Origin: Podarcis liolepis | Lineage: Eukaryota | Strand: one strand, 5' to 3' | DNA length: 64,000 nucleotides | NCBI GenBank assembly: GCA_965112155.1 | Contig: OZ218099.1 | Part shown: in pieces, positions 52,392-62,788 of the stretch | Numbering within the stretch: position 1 is the stretch's first letter | How the letters are laid out: every line of letters begins with the position of its first letter | The notes under the pieces: model-generated | Database searches by the model: none | Seen by the model: only the letters and a program-made list of their open reading frames with translations | Told to the model about the DNA's origin: nothing | Translations under genes and position numbers: made by a program

Positions 52392-52571
52392 GCAGCAGAA
52401 TACAACATCTTTGAAGGAATGGAGCTACGTGGAGCCCCCTTGGTTGTCATATGCCAGGGGAAGATAATGATGGAAGATGGCAACCTTCATGTGACACAGG
52501 GGACAGGACGCTTCATTCCTGGCACCCCTTTCTCAGACTATGTCTACAAGCGCATCAAAGCAAGGAGGAAG
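52392..52571 (+). CDS. DPYSL3: DPYSL3 exon 12
   Basis: tag|GCA; [60 protein letters not shown]; AAG|gtaaga; 180 nt. Confidence 0.96.
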
Positions 52572-53097
52572 GTAAGATAGAGAAGCCCAGTATGTAGGGT
52601 TTTAATGATGGTGTCTCTTCCTTCATACTGCTTTATGGCAAGGGAACTGTGCACCACAGCTCTTTCCCATGCTGTGAAGATACTACCAGAAGCCCTGATT
52701 CACATGGGGGTAGCCAGCATTGTCCTAGTTTCTAGAAGGTATCATGCTTATGTTGGGTACAGCTGTCATGCGGTCTCCTCTCTTACAGCCATGAACTTCA
52801 GACATTATCTTTGTCATAGAGGCAGCCATAGAGTAGTAGCTTCTACAATTGAGAAGGGACCCTTTCTGTGTATCATTAATGAGAAATGCATGGCTACAGT
52901 TCCTTCCTCAGAGAGCTTCTCCTTATTCAGATTGCCTTGCTTGGTAGCATGTGTTTACGAGACCAAAATCTGTAGTAAACCATCATATCACTCCCACCCT
53001 TCTGCTAATTGTGGATGGGTGAGACAATGATGGAGAAGTCTGTGAAGGCCTCTGCACTGACAGTTGAGCCGACAGTTGAGGGAAGCCAGGCCTAATA

Positions 53098-53593
53098 CAG
53101 GGGTTTTCAACCTTTATTGGTCCACGGCTCCCTTGACCAAATACATTCTTTATGTGGCACCCCTGTGGGGCTCAGAAGCCCAGTTATGTCACCCCTTATC
53201 TGCACAGCTGGCAGCCTCTCACCCTTTTTTGAACACCCTCCCTTGTGGAATGTTCCCTCAGCCTCCTCTCCCCTTGGGAGTCCTCTGGGCAGCCGCTGCC
53301 ACCGCCCCTGGTTTCTGAGTGGCACCCCCTGCCCCAAAGAGAGGTGTCTCCTCACATTGCCCCACAGGGACCTGGGAAGCACCTTGTGACCAGCCCAAGA
53401 GGCACCATTTGCCTGGGGAGCTTGTAGCCAGAGCTGCTGCAACAAACAGCTATGGAAGCCTTTGGGAGGCAGAGACACAAGAGGGCATCAGAGGAGGGGG
53501 GAAGGAAGGAAAGAGGGACAGAGGCCAGTGTTGCACCCCTGACCACCATTCAAGGCACCCCAGGTGCCATGGCACACTGGTTGAGAACCACTG
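53098..53593. mobile_element. hAT-Charlie non-autonomous element (496 bp)
   Basis: TIRs caggggttttcaacc...ggttgagaaccactg; perfect 8-bp TSD gcctaata (53090-53097, 53594-53601). Confidence 0.92.
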
Positions 53594-53629
53594 GCCTAAT
53601 ACATTGCTTTTTTCTCTTGCCTGTGACAG

Positions 53630-53792
53630 ATGGCTGAGATGCATGCTGTGCCAAGGGGCATGTATGATGGGCCTGTGTTTGACTTGACCACTACACCTAA
53701 AGGGGGCACTCCTGCAGGCTCTACTCGGGGATCACCTACCAGGCAGACACCCCCAGTAAGGAATCTCCACCAGTCTGGATTTAGCTTATCGG
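53630..53792 (+). CDS. DPYSL3: DPYSL3 exon 13 (phospho-regulatory tail)
   Basis: cag|ATG; [54 protein letters not shown]; G|gtaagc; 163 nt; CRMP4-specific sequence. Confidence 0.96.
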
Positions 53793-53876
53793 GTAAGCTA
53801 TCGGGTAAGCTATCTGTTAAGCTGATTGGGTAAGAAGATGGTACATTGATTGGGTGAGAAGATGGTACATTGATTG
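53787..53876 (+). repeat. Tandem 12-mer x3 plus 24-mer x2 spanning the exon 13 donor
   Basis: tatcgggtaagc tatcgggtaagc tatctgttaagc, then tgattgggt(a/g)agaagatggtacat twice. Confidence 0.92.
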
Positions 53877-54332
53877 CAACACCTCTAGGCAGAAGGCAAG
53901 GGAAAAGGTGCCACTGGTATTTAGTACAGCTTCTCTAGCTGCAATAAAATCAAATTCACCCAGCTGGCAGTTTTGAGATTTGTTTCATTCTATTAGGCGG
54001 AGAAGGGAAGAGGACGTCTTTTCATTCCATATGCTTATTGTAACCTTTGTCAGCATTTATGTGTTAAGACCACTAGTGGATTTCACACACTAGATTTGTA
54101 GCCACCTATTCAGATTATCAGGGATCTCAAATAGTAGGAAAGTTAAGCCACACCAGGTGCCACTCTTTGCTGTGGAATGGTTGACTGTCATCTACTTTTT
54201 ATATGATTTGCCGCCACTTCTCCCTTTATGGTGAGCATAGATACTTCCAGAGTTAGTTAGCTAGCTGTACCTGTGCCAAAACAATTGTGTTCTAAGATTT
54301 TATGGTTGACAAGAAAATAGTCTTCATAGCAG

Positions 54333-54809
54333 GTCTTTCGCTGGGAGATTTTAAAATGCTGGGGGACCGTGTCCCGGGGAGATTTTAAAATGCTGGCGGG
54401 CGGGAGCGAACGCTTCGCTCCCGACCCCTAGCATTTTAAAATCTCCCCGGGACAGCAGAGACTTCTCTGCTGTCCCGGGGAGATTTTAAAATGCTGGGGG
54501 TCGGCAGCGAATGCTTCGCTCCCGCCCGCCAGCATTTTAAGATTGCCCAGGGCAGGCGGGGGGGAAGGCAGGCGGGGGGGGGGGAGCAAAGACTTTTGCC
54601 CCCCGCCGGCCTTCAGAAGATGTCCTCTTCTGAAGGCCGGCTGTGGGCGAAAGTCTTTGCTCCCGACCGCCAGCATTTCCCTATGGGCTTTCGTCTTGCG
54701 ATGCAAGCCCATAGGGAAATTCGTCTTGCGAAGCGCCTCCAAAACAGAAAACCCTTTCGTCTTGCGGGTTTTCCGTCTTGCGAGGCATTCGTCTTGCGGG
54801 GTACCACTG
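54333..54809. mobile_element. Tigger-like Tc1/mariner non-autonomous element, one end missing, with nested palindromes
   Basis: Ends gtaccactg|TA like the 30473/56345 MITEs; repeated ttcgtcttgcg subterminal motifs; CpG-rich. Confidence 0.8.
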
Positions 54810-54896
54810 TATTACTTTTTCTTAGCCCTGTGAAGAAAAGCACCTAACTTCCTTTTCCTGCTTTTCCCCCTCTTTCATCTTGTGTATGCCCTGCAG

Positions 54897-54985
54897 GTAC
54901 CCAAATTGATGAAGGTGTTCGTGCAGCAAGCAAGCGCATTGTAGCACCTCCAGGAGGCCGCTCCAATATAACATCTCTGAGTTAA
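54897..54985 (+). CDS. DPYSL3: DPYSL3 exon 14, terminal (GTQIDEGVRAASKRIVAPPGGRSNITSLS*)
   Basis: Long polypyrimidine tract, cag|GT ACC; TAA at 54983-54985; CRMP4 C-terminus. Confidence 0.97.
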
Positions 54986-55638
54986 GCACCCAGTACTCAG
55001 GGAGGGGAGAAGGGGGGGAAGGGAAGGGGGAAACTGTTATTTGAGAAAACTAAGCAATGGTACCTTGATATTTAAGAAGGAAAGAGCAACTTGAAGAAGC
55101 GTTCAGATTTTGAAGAATCAATAAGCCTCAAGCCTTATGTTTCATAAATGCTACTCGCTACCTAGCTTTAAAAAATATTGCGGGTTTTCTTTTCTGTTTA
55201 TTCATAGCCTTAATATCCCCCCCCTTTTTTTTACATGCATGCAAATCTGACAGGTGACTAAGTTAAGAGTATGTAATTGTACATGGTGAGTGCTTGTGTG
55301 ATAACACATTGTAAGAAGGGGATTGGATTAAAGATGGGAAACTAATGACATGAGCTGTTTATTTAGCCAGTTTTACTTGGGCAGAATCAACCAAGGAGTT
55401 TTAGTGTTGGGGAAGGGTGGGGGCAGAAAGTGGTGGGGCAGGGTAGTGGGAGGTGGACGGGGGGCAGACCAAGTAGATCTGTGTATTGTGTCCATGTTCT
55501 TCTGTTTCCGCTAAATTCAGACAAGACATAGTTGCCTCAGAGCACTACATGAGGCCATTGGAAAATTCAGCCATCTTTGTAATGGTTCTGTTGTATCACC
55601 TTCCTGTTAGAGATTTTATTACTTTGTACATTTTATTG

Positions 55639-55644
55639 AATAAA
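55639..55644 (+). terminator. DPYSL3: Candidate polyadenylation signal AATAAA of DPYSL3
   Basis: AATAAA about 650 nt after the stop, with upstream TGTA and T-rich elements and a downstream T/GT-containing segment. Confidence 0.55.
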
Positions 55645-55919
55645 AAATGGAAAGGCATGGTTTTCCCCCCCTCCTTGGCTTGTCGAGGCAAAGTAACAGT
55701 TTCTTCCTCCCTCACAATTAATTTCAAGTTCTTGGGGTGGGGGTAGGGGAAAGGTATGCTCAGTTTGTACAGGACTGAACTTCTTGCCAAATCCTCTTTC
55801 TTTCATATCTCACAAACTGGTTAGTGAACTGGAAGTTGTAGCATCTCCTCTCATGAGGGCTGTGACTGATTTCCATTCTGCTCTGGAATCATTAAGGGCT
55901 TTTTGAATCTCTGGCTCTG

Positions 55920-56200
55920 TTGATTGATTGGATTTATATACTGCCCTTCATCTGTAGATCTCAGAGTGGTTCACGGCATAAGAATACAAGATAAAAACAC
56001 AAAATACATAATAAAAGCAAAACAAACCAATAACCCCCAACCCCCTCCCACAAACACATTTAAAGGGATTTAGGATGTTAGTCAGCCAAAGGCCTGGTTG
56101 AAGTGGAATGTTTTCTCCTGGCACCCAAAGGTGTATAATGAAGGCGCCAGCGAAACCTCCCTGGGGAGAGCCACCACAGAAGAGGCCCGTTGCCGCCCTC
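55920..56200 (-). mobile_element. L2-clade LINE 3' fragment
   Basis: Homologous to 905-1295 (agccaaaggcctgg...aaggtgtataatgaaggcgccagcgaaacctccctgggg). Confidence 0.7.
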
Positions 56201-56344
56201 CAGGTTGGTGTTAGTGGCATGCCTGCATGACCACTTTGAAGATAGGCAAAGCTCTTCTCAGTGTTCCTCACATTCTTCAGTGCTGTTTGGTACCATGGGT
56301 TGGCAACAGGGATCTGCATGGCCTCTGCATTCCACACACTGGTA

Positions 56345-56570
56345 CAGTGGTACCTCGGGTTACATACGCTTCAGGTTACAGACTCCGCTAACCCAGAAAT
56401 AGTGCTTCAGGTTAAGAACTTTGCTTCAGGATGAGAACAGAAATTGTGCTCCAGCGGCGCGGCAGCAGCAGGAGACCCCATTAGCTAAAGAGGTGCTTCA
56501 GGTTAAGAACAGTTTCAGGTTAAGTACGGACCTCCGGAACGAATTAAGTACTTAACCCGAGGTACCACTG
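56345..56570. mobile_element. Tc1/mariner (Tigger-like) MITE
   Basis: TA|cagtggtacctcgggtta...taacccgaggtaccactg|TA, perfect 18-bp TIRs. Confidence 0.93.
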
Positions 56571-59500
56571 TAGTCGCCCATGAAAAAGTGTATTTATAAA
56601 GCATCTACTTAATTTGCTTTCAGTTCAGTACACAAGCACCAAACAGACCATAGAATATTGCTGATTTTATCCGTATTTACACCAAAATACCTTTTCACTT
56701 TCTCTATTAAAAAGTGCCTTGTCAAACATTAATATGTATCAGGTAGATTTCAGTCAGGTATAAACAAACAGCATCTATGCCAGAGAAGTGGCCGCAAGCT
56801 TCCTTCAGTTTCAGCTGCAATAATCATGAACATTAAGTTATGTCAGATCAAACCAGCTGAGACCCTGTCTTTCCACAACAGTTGATAATATAGCCTGCGC
56901 AAGAAACAAGAAATGTGCTCGTAAATTAAAGGAGGCCCAACACAATAGGTTTACCTGTCAGCTTTTGGACTGCCCTTACCTGGCAGATTAGAAAATGACA
57001 AGGAGCAGTTTTGTGATTTAAACGGATAAAATTCACACAAAGTTAGCTGGTAGGCTTAAAATATGGAAGCTGCCTTGTTTTAGGAGAACTAAACACACTT
57101 GGTGAAATTCCACTTGCCCTATTAACATTTAGTCCGTCAGCACAAACATCTCAGCTTGCCAGATAGAATAATCTCACCTATCCTTCCTCCTTGCAGTTCC
57201 ACAAATGAACTATGATGATAAAAACGTCCTTTGCAAAGAGCAAGACAATAATGTGGGTTTTGAGTCTCTTAGTCATGGCCTTGTTCCACATGATTTAAAT
57301 GGATAATTTTGTTGCCTGACATTGGGCATGGTGAAGATGGAACATAAGAGTGTTTTTAAGGTAAAGCACTGTAGCTAGTATAACAGCATTGGAAGAGGCC
57401 TCTGTCATCTATGTGCCCAGTCTGCTAGGTTTGCTTCTCTGGTTCCTGGAGGAAATGCATGAGCATTATTGTATCCTGCTGTCTTTACTCCAATCTTTGC
57501 CAGGTTCATGCTTAAGAATATCCTTCACAGCAGGCTGCATGTTCAAATAACATCCTATTTAATAGCTGTTAAATTAATATAAGCTAGAAAAAACTTTTCT
57601 AACCAAAGGTATAATATGGGCCCTTTGTAAATATGCCAAATGACTCTAAGGTAAACTTGACCTCACATTGCCTAAGGTGCACAAATATGTATATGTTGTC
57701 AGTCACATTTCTATTTCGCCATCTTTTTGGTATGCTGGAGTAACCTTTCCTTCTGTGCCTCTAAATATAATACAGAATCTCAGTCACCATTTTTTCTTGG
57801 TTGGCAAGCTGACTTCACCAGTGACATCTGTGGTCTGCTGGCACATACTTTGCCTGCAAAACATCCCACATTATATCCCTGGTATCTCCAGGTAGGACTA
57901 GAAAATATCTATCCAGAACAGGGGAGCTACTGTCTGTCAATGTGGAGACAATATTGAGCCAGATGGACCAATAGTCTCAATAAAAGACAGCTTACAGTGT
58001 TCCTACAATAGTTGCATTATTCCCAAGTTGCCACAAGATGGGGCCAAACTACAATAAGGGAACACATACTGTTGAGCTGTGGTTTGTGCACACTTGCTTG
58101 ATCTCAGAAATCGGACTGTGTGTTTTAAGAGGAAGAAATGTGATGAGAGATGGGAGTTAGTTTCTGCAACACGGACATAAGCATACTCCTTTCTGTGTCC
58201 ACAATGGGACTTTTCACAAGTGGAAAACTACATACTGGCAGCCACCTCATGCTCATACAATGTAGGTTTTGTACACATTTTGATTCTGCAGGCTGCTTTT
58301 TTATATTTCTTATTTAATATTTTCTAGAATTGAACTTGATTATATCCAAGCACCTGTCTTACAATTGGCAATTCTTACTAGCTTTAATGGAAGAAGGGTA
58401 AATATATGCATTCTCACAGACTGGCATTAATGTGCTTCTAAATGTGATTCGTGGAAGACTTGTGAAATGACTGCTGTACATCTTCATTTGTGGCATCCCC
58501 CTAACATCAAACCATCAGCATCACAGAGCATACCTTACTTACTGCAGTAAGTTACCTGTTCAAATGAGACTAATGCCACTTCTGGCCACATTCTACAGGG
58601 CTCTGTGGATAACAGCACAGACCTAATACACATCAGATGTGAACTGAACCTGAAAGGCGGGATATCAAATCCAAACTCTTCTTCTTCTTCTTCTTCTGTA
58701 ATTCACAAGAATAGATTCAGCTGATGAAAATTTCAGAAAATCAATGAGCTAGTCAAGGATGGCCATTCTTGCGCTTGTGACAAGTCAGCCTGACAGCAGG
58801 TGATCTATATGCAGGTGTGGATCAGAAACTGACAAACAGCCTCTAATTCTTGTCAACAAAAGTTTTAACACAACATGGATATCTTGATTGCTGTTTGCAA
58901 TTGTCAGTTAACAAACTTGATGACTTTTTAACATAACAGATTGCTTGAGACTTTTTCCTGCCTTTGCGATTTGAGGTAAGTTTTTGCAATCTGGGATAAA
59001 AAAAGGATGTCATCAAGCTTTGAAAAATACATAAAACTTATTAACTGGCGCTCACTGGAGCTCCAGCCAGCAGTGAAAATCAATCAGATGTGTGAACTCC
59101 CCAACACATCAATGTCACCTTAAGTACTTGGAATTGGAAGGTTAGGAACATTCTATTCCTTTCTGAGAGTTGTTTTACAACTACGTAAAAGAACAGAAAA
59201 AAACTGAAAGATCATATTTGTGAGAATTCTATCTAAGCTTCAAATAAAATGAAAAGTGGCCAGAAAAGGGGGGGGGGGTGAAAGAGAGCTCATATTCCCA
59301 CAGAAGCTCCCCTACAGAGTCTCTCTACTATGATACTTGAGCTTTCACATACAACCAGACACCTGTTGAGTATATTACAAATGTTGGGGACAGTCTAGCA
59401 GGATGTTCTTTGCAAACTGCAGTTTAAAGATATGGGGCTGTTCAAGAGCATGGATTGTGTATATAGTTAGTTTAGAAAGGTGCCAGGCAAACAATCTAGG

Positions 59501-59717
59501 GCCTTTTAGTCATAGTGTTTTCATGTGTTACTATGTTCTGTATTTTTATATGGTAAACTGCCCTGTGAATGTCACATGAAGGGTGGTATAGAGATTTTAT
59601 AAATAAAAATAAGTAAACTATAATGTGGCAATTACAATGTAAATTAACTTCATTTTAAAAATGAAGTTCTATTGCCAAAAGTTCCAACTCACAGTTTATT
59701 GAGCAACATTTAATTCT

Positions 59718-59738
59718 GCCACTGTCCAAGGTGCTGTG
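59718..59738 (-). promoter_or_regulatory. RE1/NRSE (REST binding site) candidate
   Basis: Minus strand caCAGCACCttGGACAGtggc: both half-sites perfect, with the canonical 2-bp spacer. Confidence 0.6.
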
Positions 59739-60527
59739 TAGAACATAGGGCAGGGACCCTGCTGTCTGATGACAACCCTCATTAAATTAAGAAGAGAACA
59801 AGCAGGAGTTGGCCATGGAAGGGAATGCAGGAGAGGAGAATGACTAGTGCTAAGATGGTCTGGCAGAGAGTTGGGTCTCACCTTTATAATACAACTAAGC
59901 AGGTTTGCTGCTATTCACATTCTGGCTTGCCTTACAGGAAGATCCATGGCTATATGACATCCCCTCTTGGTCATCCCTTATCCCCTTAGCTACCTTATCA
60001 AAACAGACTCCGCAAACCTACAAATTTATTGAATGGGACAAGTCTCACTTATCTATCCAACAGACTTTTTAAACGAACATTTAATAAATCAACACAAGGT
60101 TGTTTTTTTAAAAAAAATGCAAGGGTAAAAAAGAGTCAACACAGTGTTAAGAGTCTTATAGAAAGTTTAATAGACCATGTTTATAAAATGGAAGAGAAGA
60201 AAAGTGCCAGAAATACCACTTGTGTATTTTCATTAAACCTGACATAATTACTAACCTGTTAACATGGATAATGAGCAAGCTGTCTTCGCAGCCCATTTCT
60301 ATGCAAGACAAAAGGATGAAGCCTAAAACCCAATTGCTTACAATTGTTAGATATGTGACTATAACCAGATTTAATGCCTCCTATTTATCGCTGTGCAGAA
60401 AGCTATCCAGGGCAGACAGTGCATAGGCGGCCATTTTACTGTGGCATGTTGAACAACTGTTTACCAGTTAAACTTTTCATGGGAAGGTTATTGCTTGAAA
60501 GTGACAAGAGATCAAAACTGCACCAAG

Positions 60528-60653
60528 CAAGGGTAGCCTACACAGTGCTCTTCAGATGTTGCTGGGCGCAAACTCCCATAATCTCTGACCATTGGTCAGG
60601 CTGGCTGGGGCTGGTCAAACAACATCTGAAGGGCACCATGTTGGCTACCTCTG
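60528..60653. mobile_element. hAT-Charlie (URR1-like) MITE
   Basis: ggtagcc...ggctacc termini and ttcagatgttg/caacatctgaa internal inverted repeat. Confidence 0.6.
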
Positions 60654-62769
60654 GAATGCAAAAAAAAAACAATTATTGCTGCTGCTTGGCCCTAAATTGG
60701 TAGTTCTGAGATAGCCAGCAGCTCATGTCCTCTTCAATCCAAAGTGCTGTCTTTTAGCGTTTTAAAATAGTGCAATACCTCACAAGTTGTGGCATACTCC
60801 GGGATTCAAATTAGACATAAGGCACTCCTGCCCACAAAAGTTTTATTCTACCACAAACACAGTTGTCAGCTACTGATTCTGTTGCTGCAAAACACATTTA
60901 CCAACAGAGCATCAAATAGGATAGTATGTTTAACGCATTGTTGCATCTCACTATCTTTAATTCAAGAAAACAACCATCCTGGAGGAAGGGAGTTTTAACC
61001 CTCTCGCCTAGTGCAGTTTTTCTGAATGAGATGCTACAGCATAAATAGCAACTTCAGGGGAAAGTTTTTTGGGGAAATGGGACAGGCTTGAGTTCCACAG
61101 TTCCAATCAAGATGTGTGTGGGTGTTGATGGGGAAGTATACCTACAGAAATATGCTTATGCATTTACCCTAAGCCCACAGTTTGATATTCAAAAAAAAAA
61201 AAAAAATGGTGTCTTGCCCCATAACGCACAAACCTGCTTTACAAGTGGGTGTTTCACAGCTTATCATTGAGTTTTTTGGGCACCGATTGGATAGTGCCAA
61301 TGACATCACTCAGTCTTTTGAGGCTGTCTGTTCTACATTGTACAAATCAGGCCTAGTAGCTCACATTCAGCCTTAAAAAAGCAACACATCTCGACAAGGC
61401 TATTCCCTGGTGCTGCAACAATCCCAATTTACTTCTAGGCTTTACATGCAGCTGAGATATCAAGCCAATGGGATTGGCGTACAGATTGTCCTAGCACAGC
61501 AGTAAGACTTAAATGTAATATAGTGTGAATAGTGGAAGTTGGACCAAAGCTGTGTTAAAGGGCTTTGTGGATTTTTCCTTGATACTATACAGTGACATGG
61601 GCTCCTCCCAGTTGAGAAGCAATGCCATGACCATTCAGCCTGGTGCAGCAGGCCAGGCAGAATGATGGCAGGGAGAGCTGGAGCCTGGGAGCCCCCAGTT
61701 AATCATCTCAGCTGTACAGCCCAGGCAGAGAGCACAGTAAGGCTATAGTCTTAGAGCTTATTCAGAATGTTGGCATCTATTATGCTTAATGCACCATGGC
61801 CAAAGGAAGGGTAGTTTGTGATCACCTTTTGTGCTGGGTAATGATGAGCTTGGGTATCTAATGATTAACGTTATACAATTGCATTCATGCCTGGTCTACA
61901 GAAGAGAAATTGATAAAAGCAATACCTCACAAGTTGCGTCTCCAACACAGGATGAGTGACACTACAAAGACACTGCTTCTTATTGAATACAACAGGCACA
62001 CAAGGCAATGCTCTGATCCCAACTACTTTGGAACCCGCTTTGACTCTGGTTCTGGGAGAATTTCATACCACATATATTTCATTTTGGAAAGATTTTGGTC
62101 CCAAGACAGCTACTGGCCTTTCACCTTTAAAAGCAGCGGAGAGCTGGGTCACAGCCAGCTGCTACCTGGGGCGGTTTTCTTTGGCAGAAAGAAGCCAAAG
62201 TGTTTTGTTGAAAAATAAATTGCGGGTTGTTATTATTATTATTTTTGCAGGAAGTACACATAAAAAGGATGTAGCTAGAGGGCCTTAGAGAACATTTTAT
62301 CGATTTCAACATCCAAGGCAGCAATTTTAGCTTAAGCTGCCTGAAGAAATAGATGGGCTTAAGCAGCCCGTCTTTCTTTGTGCATGCAGATAAACTACTT
62401 ATTCCAGATGATTGGTCCTCTCCCCACAAGGCAGTGGCTTTCCTTGAGTGCAAGAGAAACCAGATATTAATAGAAAGCAGCTTCTCATATGTGAAAGCAG
62501 CCCAGTGAGCCTATAAAGCGAAGACGGGGTTGCTTGCTCAGTTAGCCAAATGTATGAAGTGTCTGTCTGCCTTGCTTCAGTACAGTGATTAAAACCCAAG
62601 ATGCTGGGCATAGTCTAGCCACAGTCTAGTTTAACTCTAATTTTGAAATAAATGGCATTGAAAAGCACTGAACTTACAGCTGGATTGTGTCTATTCCTTG
62701 CAGAGTTTCTTTTTCTTTGCTGCTTTTCTTTTAAAAACATTTTTGTACACGAGTGTGCACGAAAATGAA

Positions 62770-62788
62770 AGGCCACCAGGGGGCAGTT
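62770..62788 (+). promoter_or_regulatory. CTCF motif
   Basis: aGGCCACCAGGGGGCAGtt, near-consensus, within a locally CpG-retaining 200-bp patch. Confidence 0.7.

Noticed and set aside
54690-54800. Repeated ttcgtcttgcg units as a CRISPR-like array
   Set aside because: Eukaryotic DNA; these are irregularly spaced subterminal repeats of a Tigger-like element.
52605-54847. ORFs of 90-141 aa in introns 12-13
   Set aside because: Mostly arise from GC-rich non-autonomous transposons; no transposase motifs or recognisable domains.
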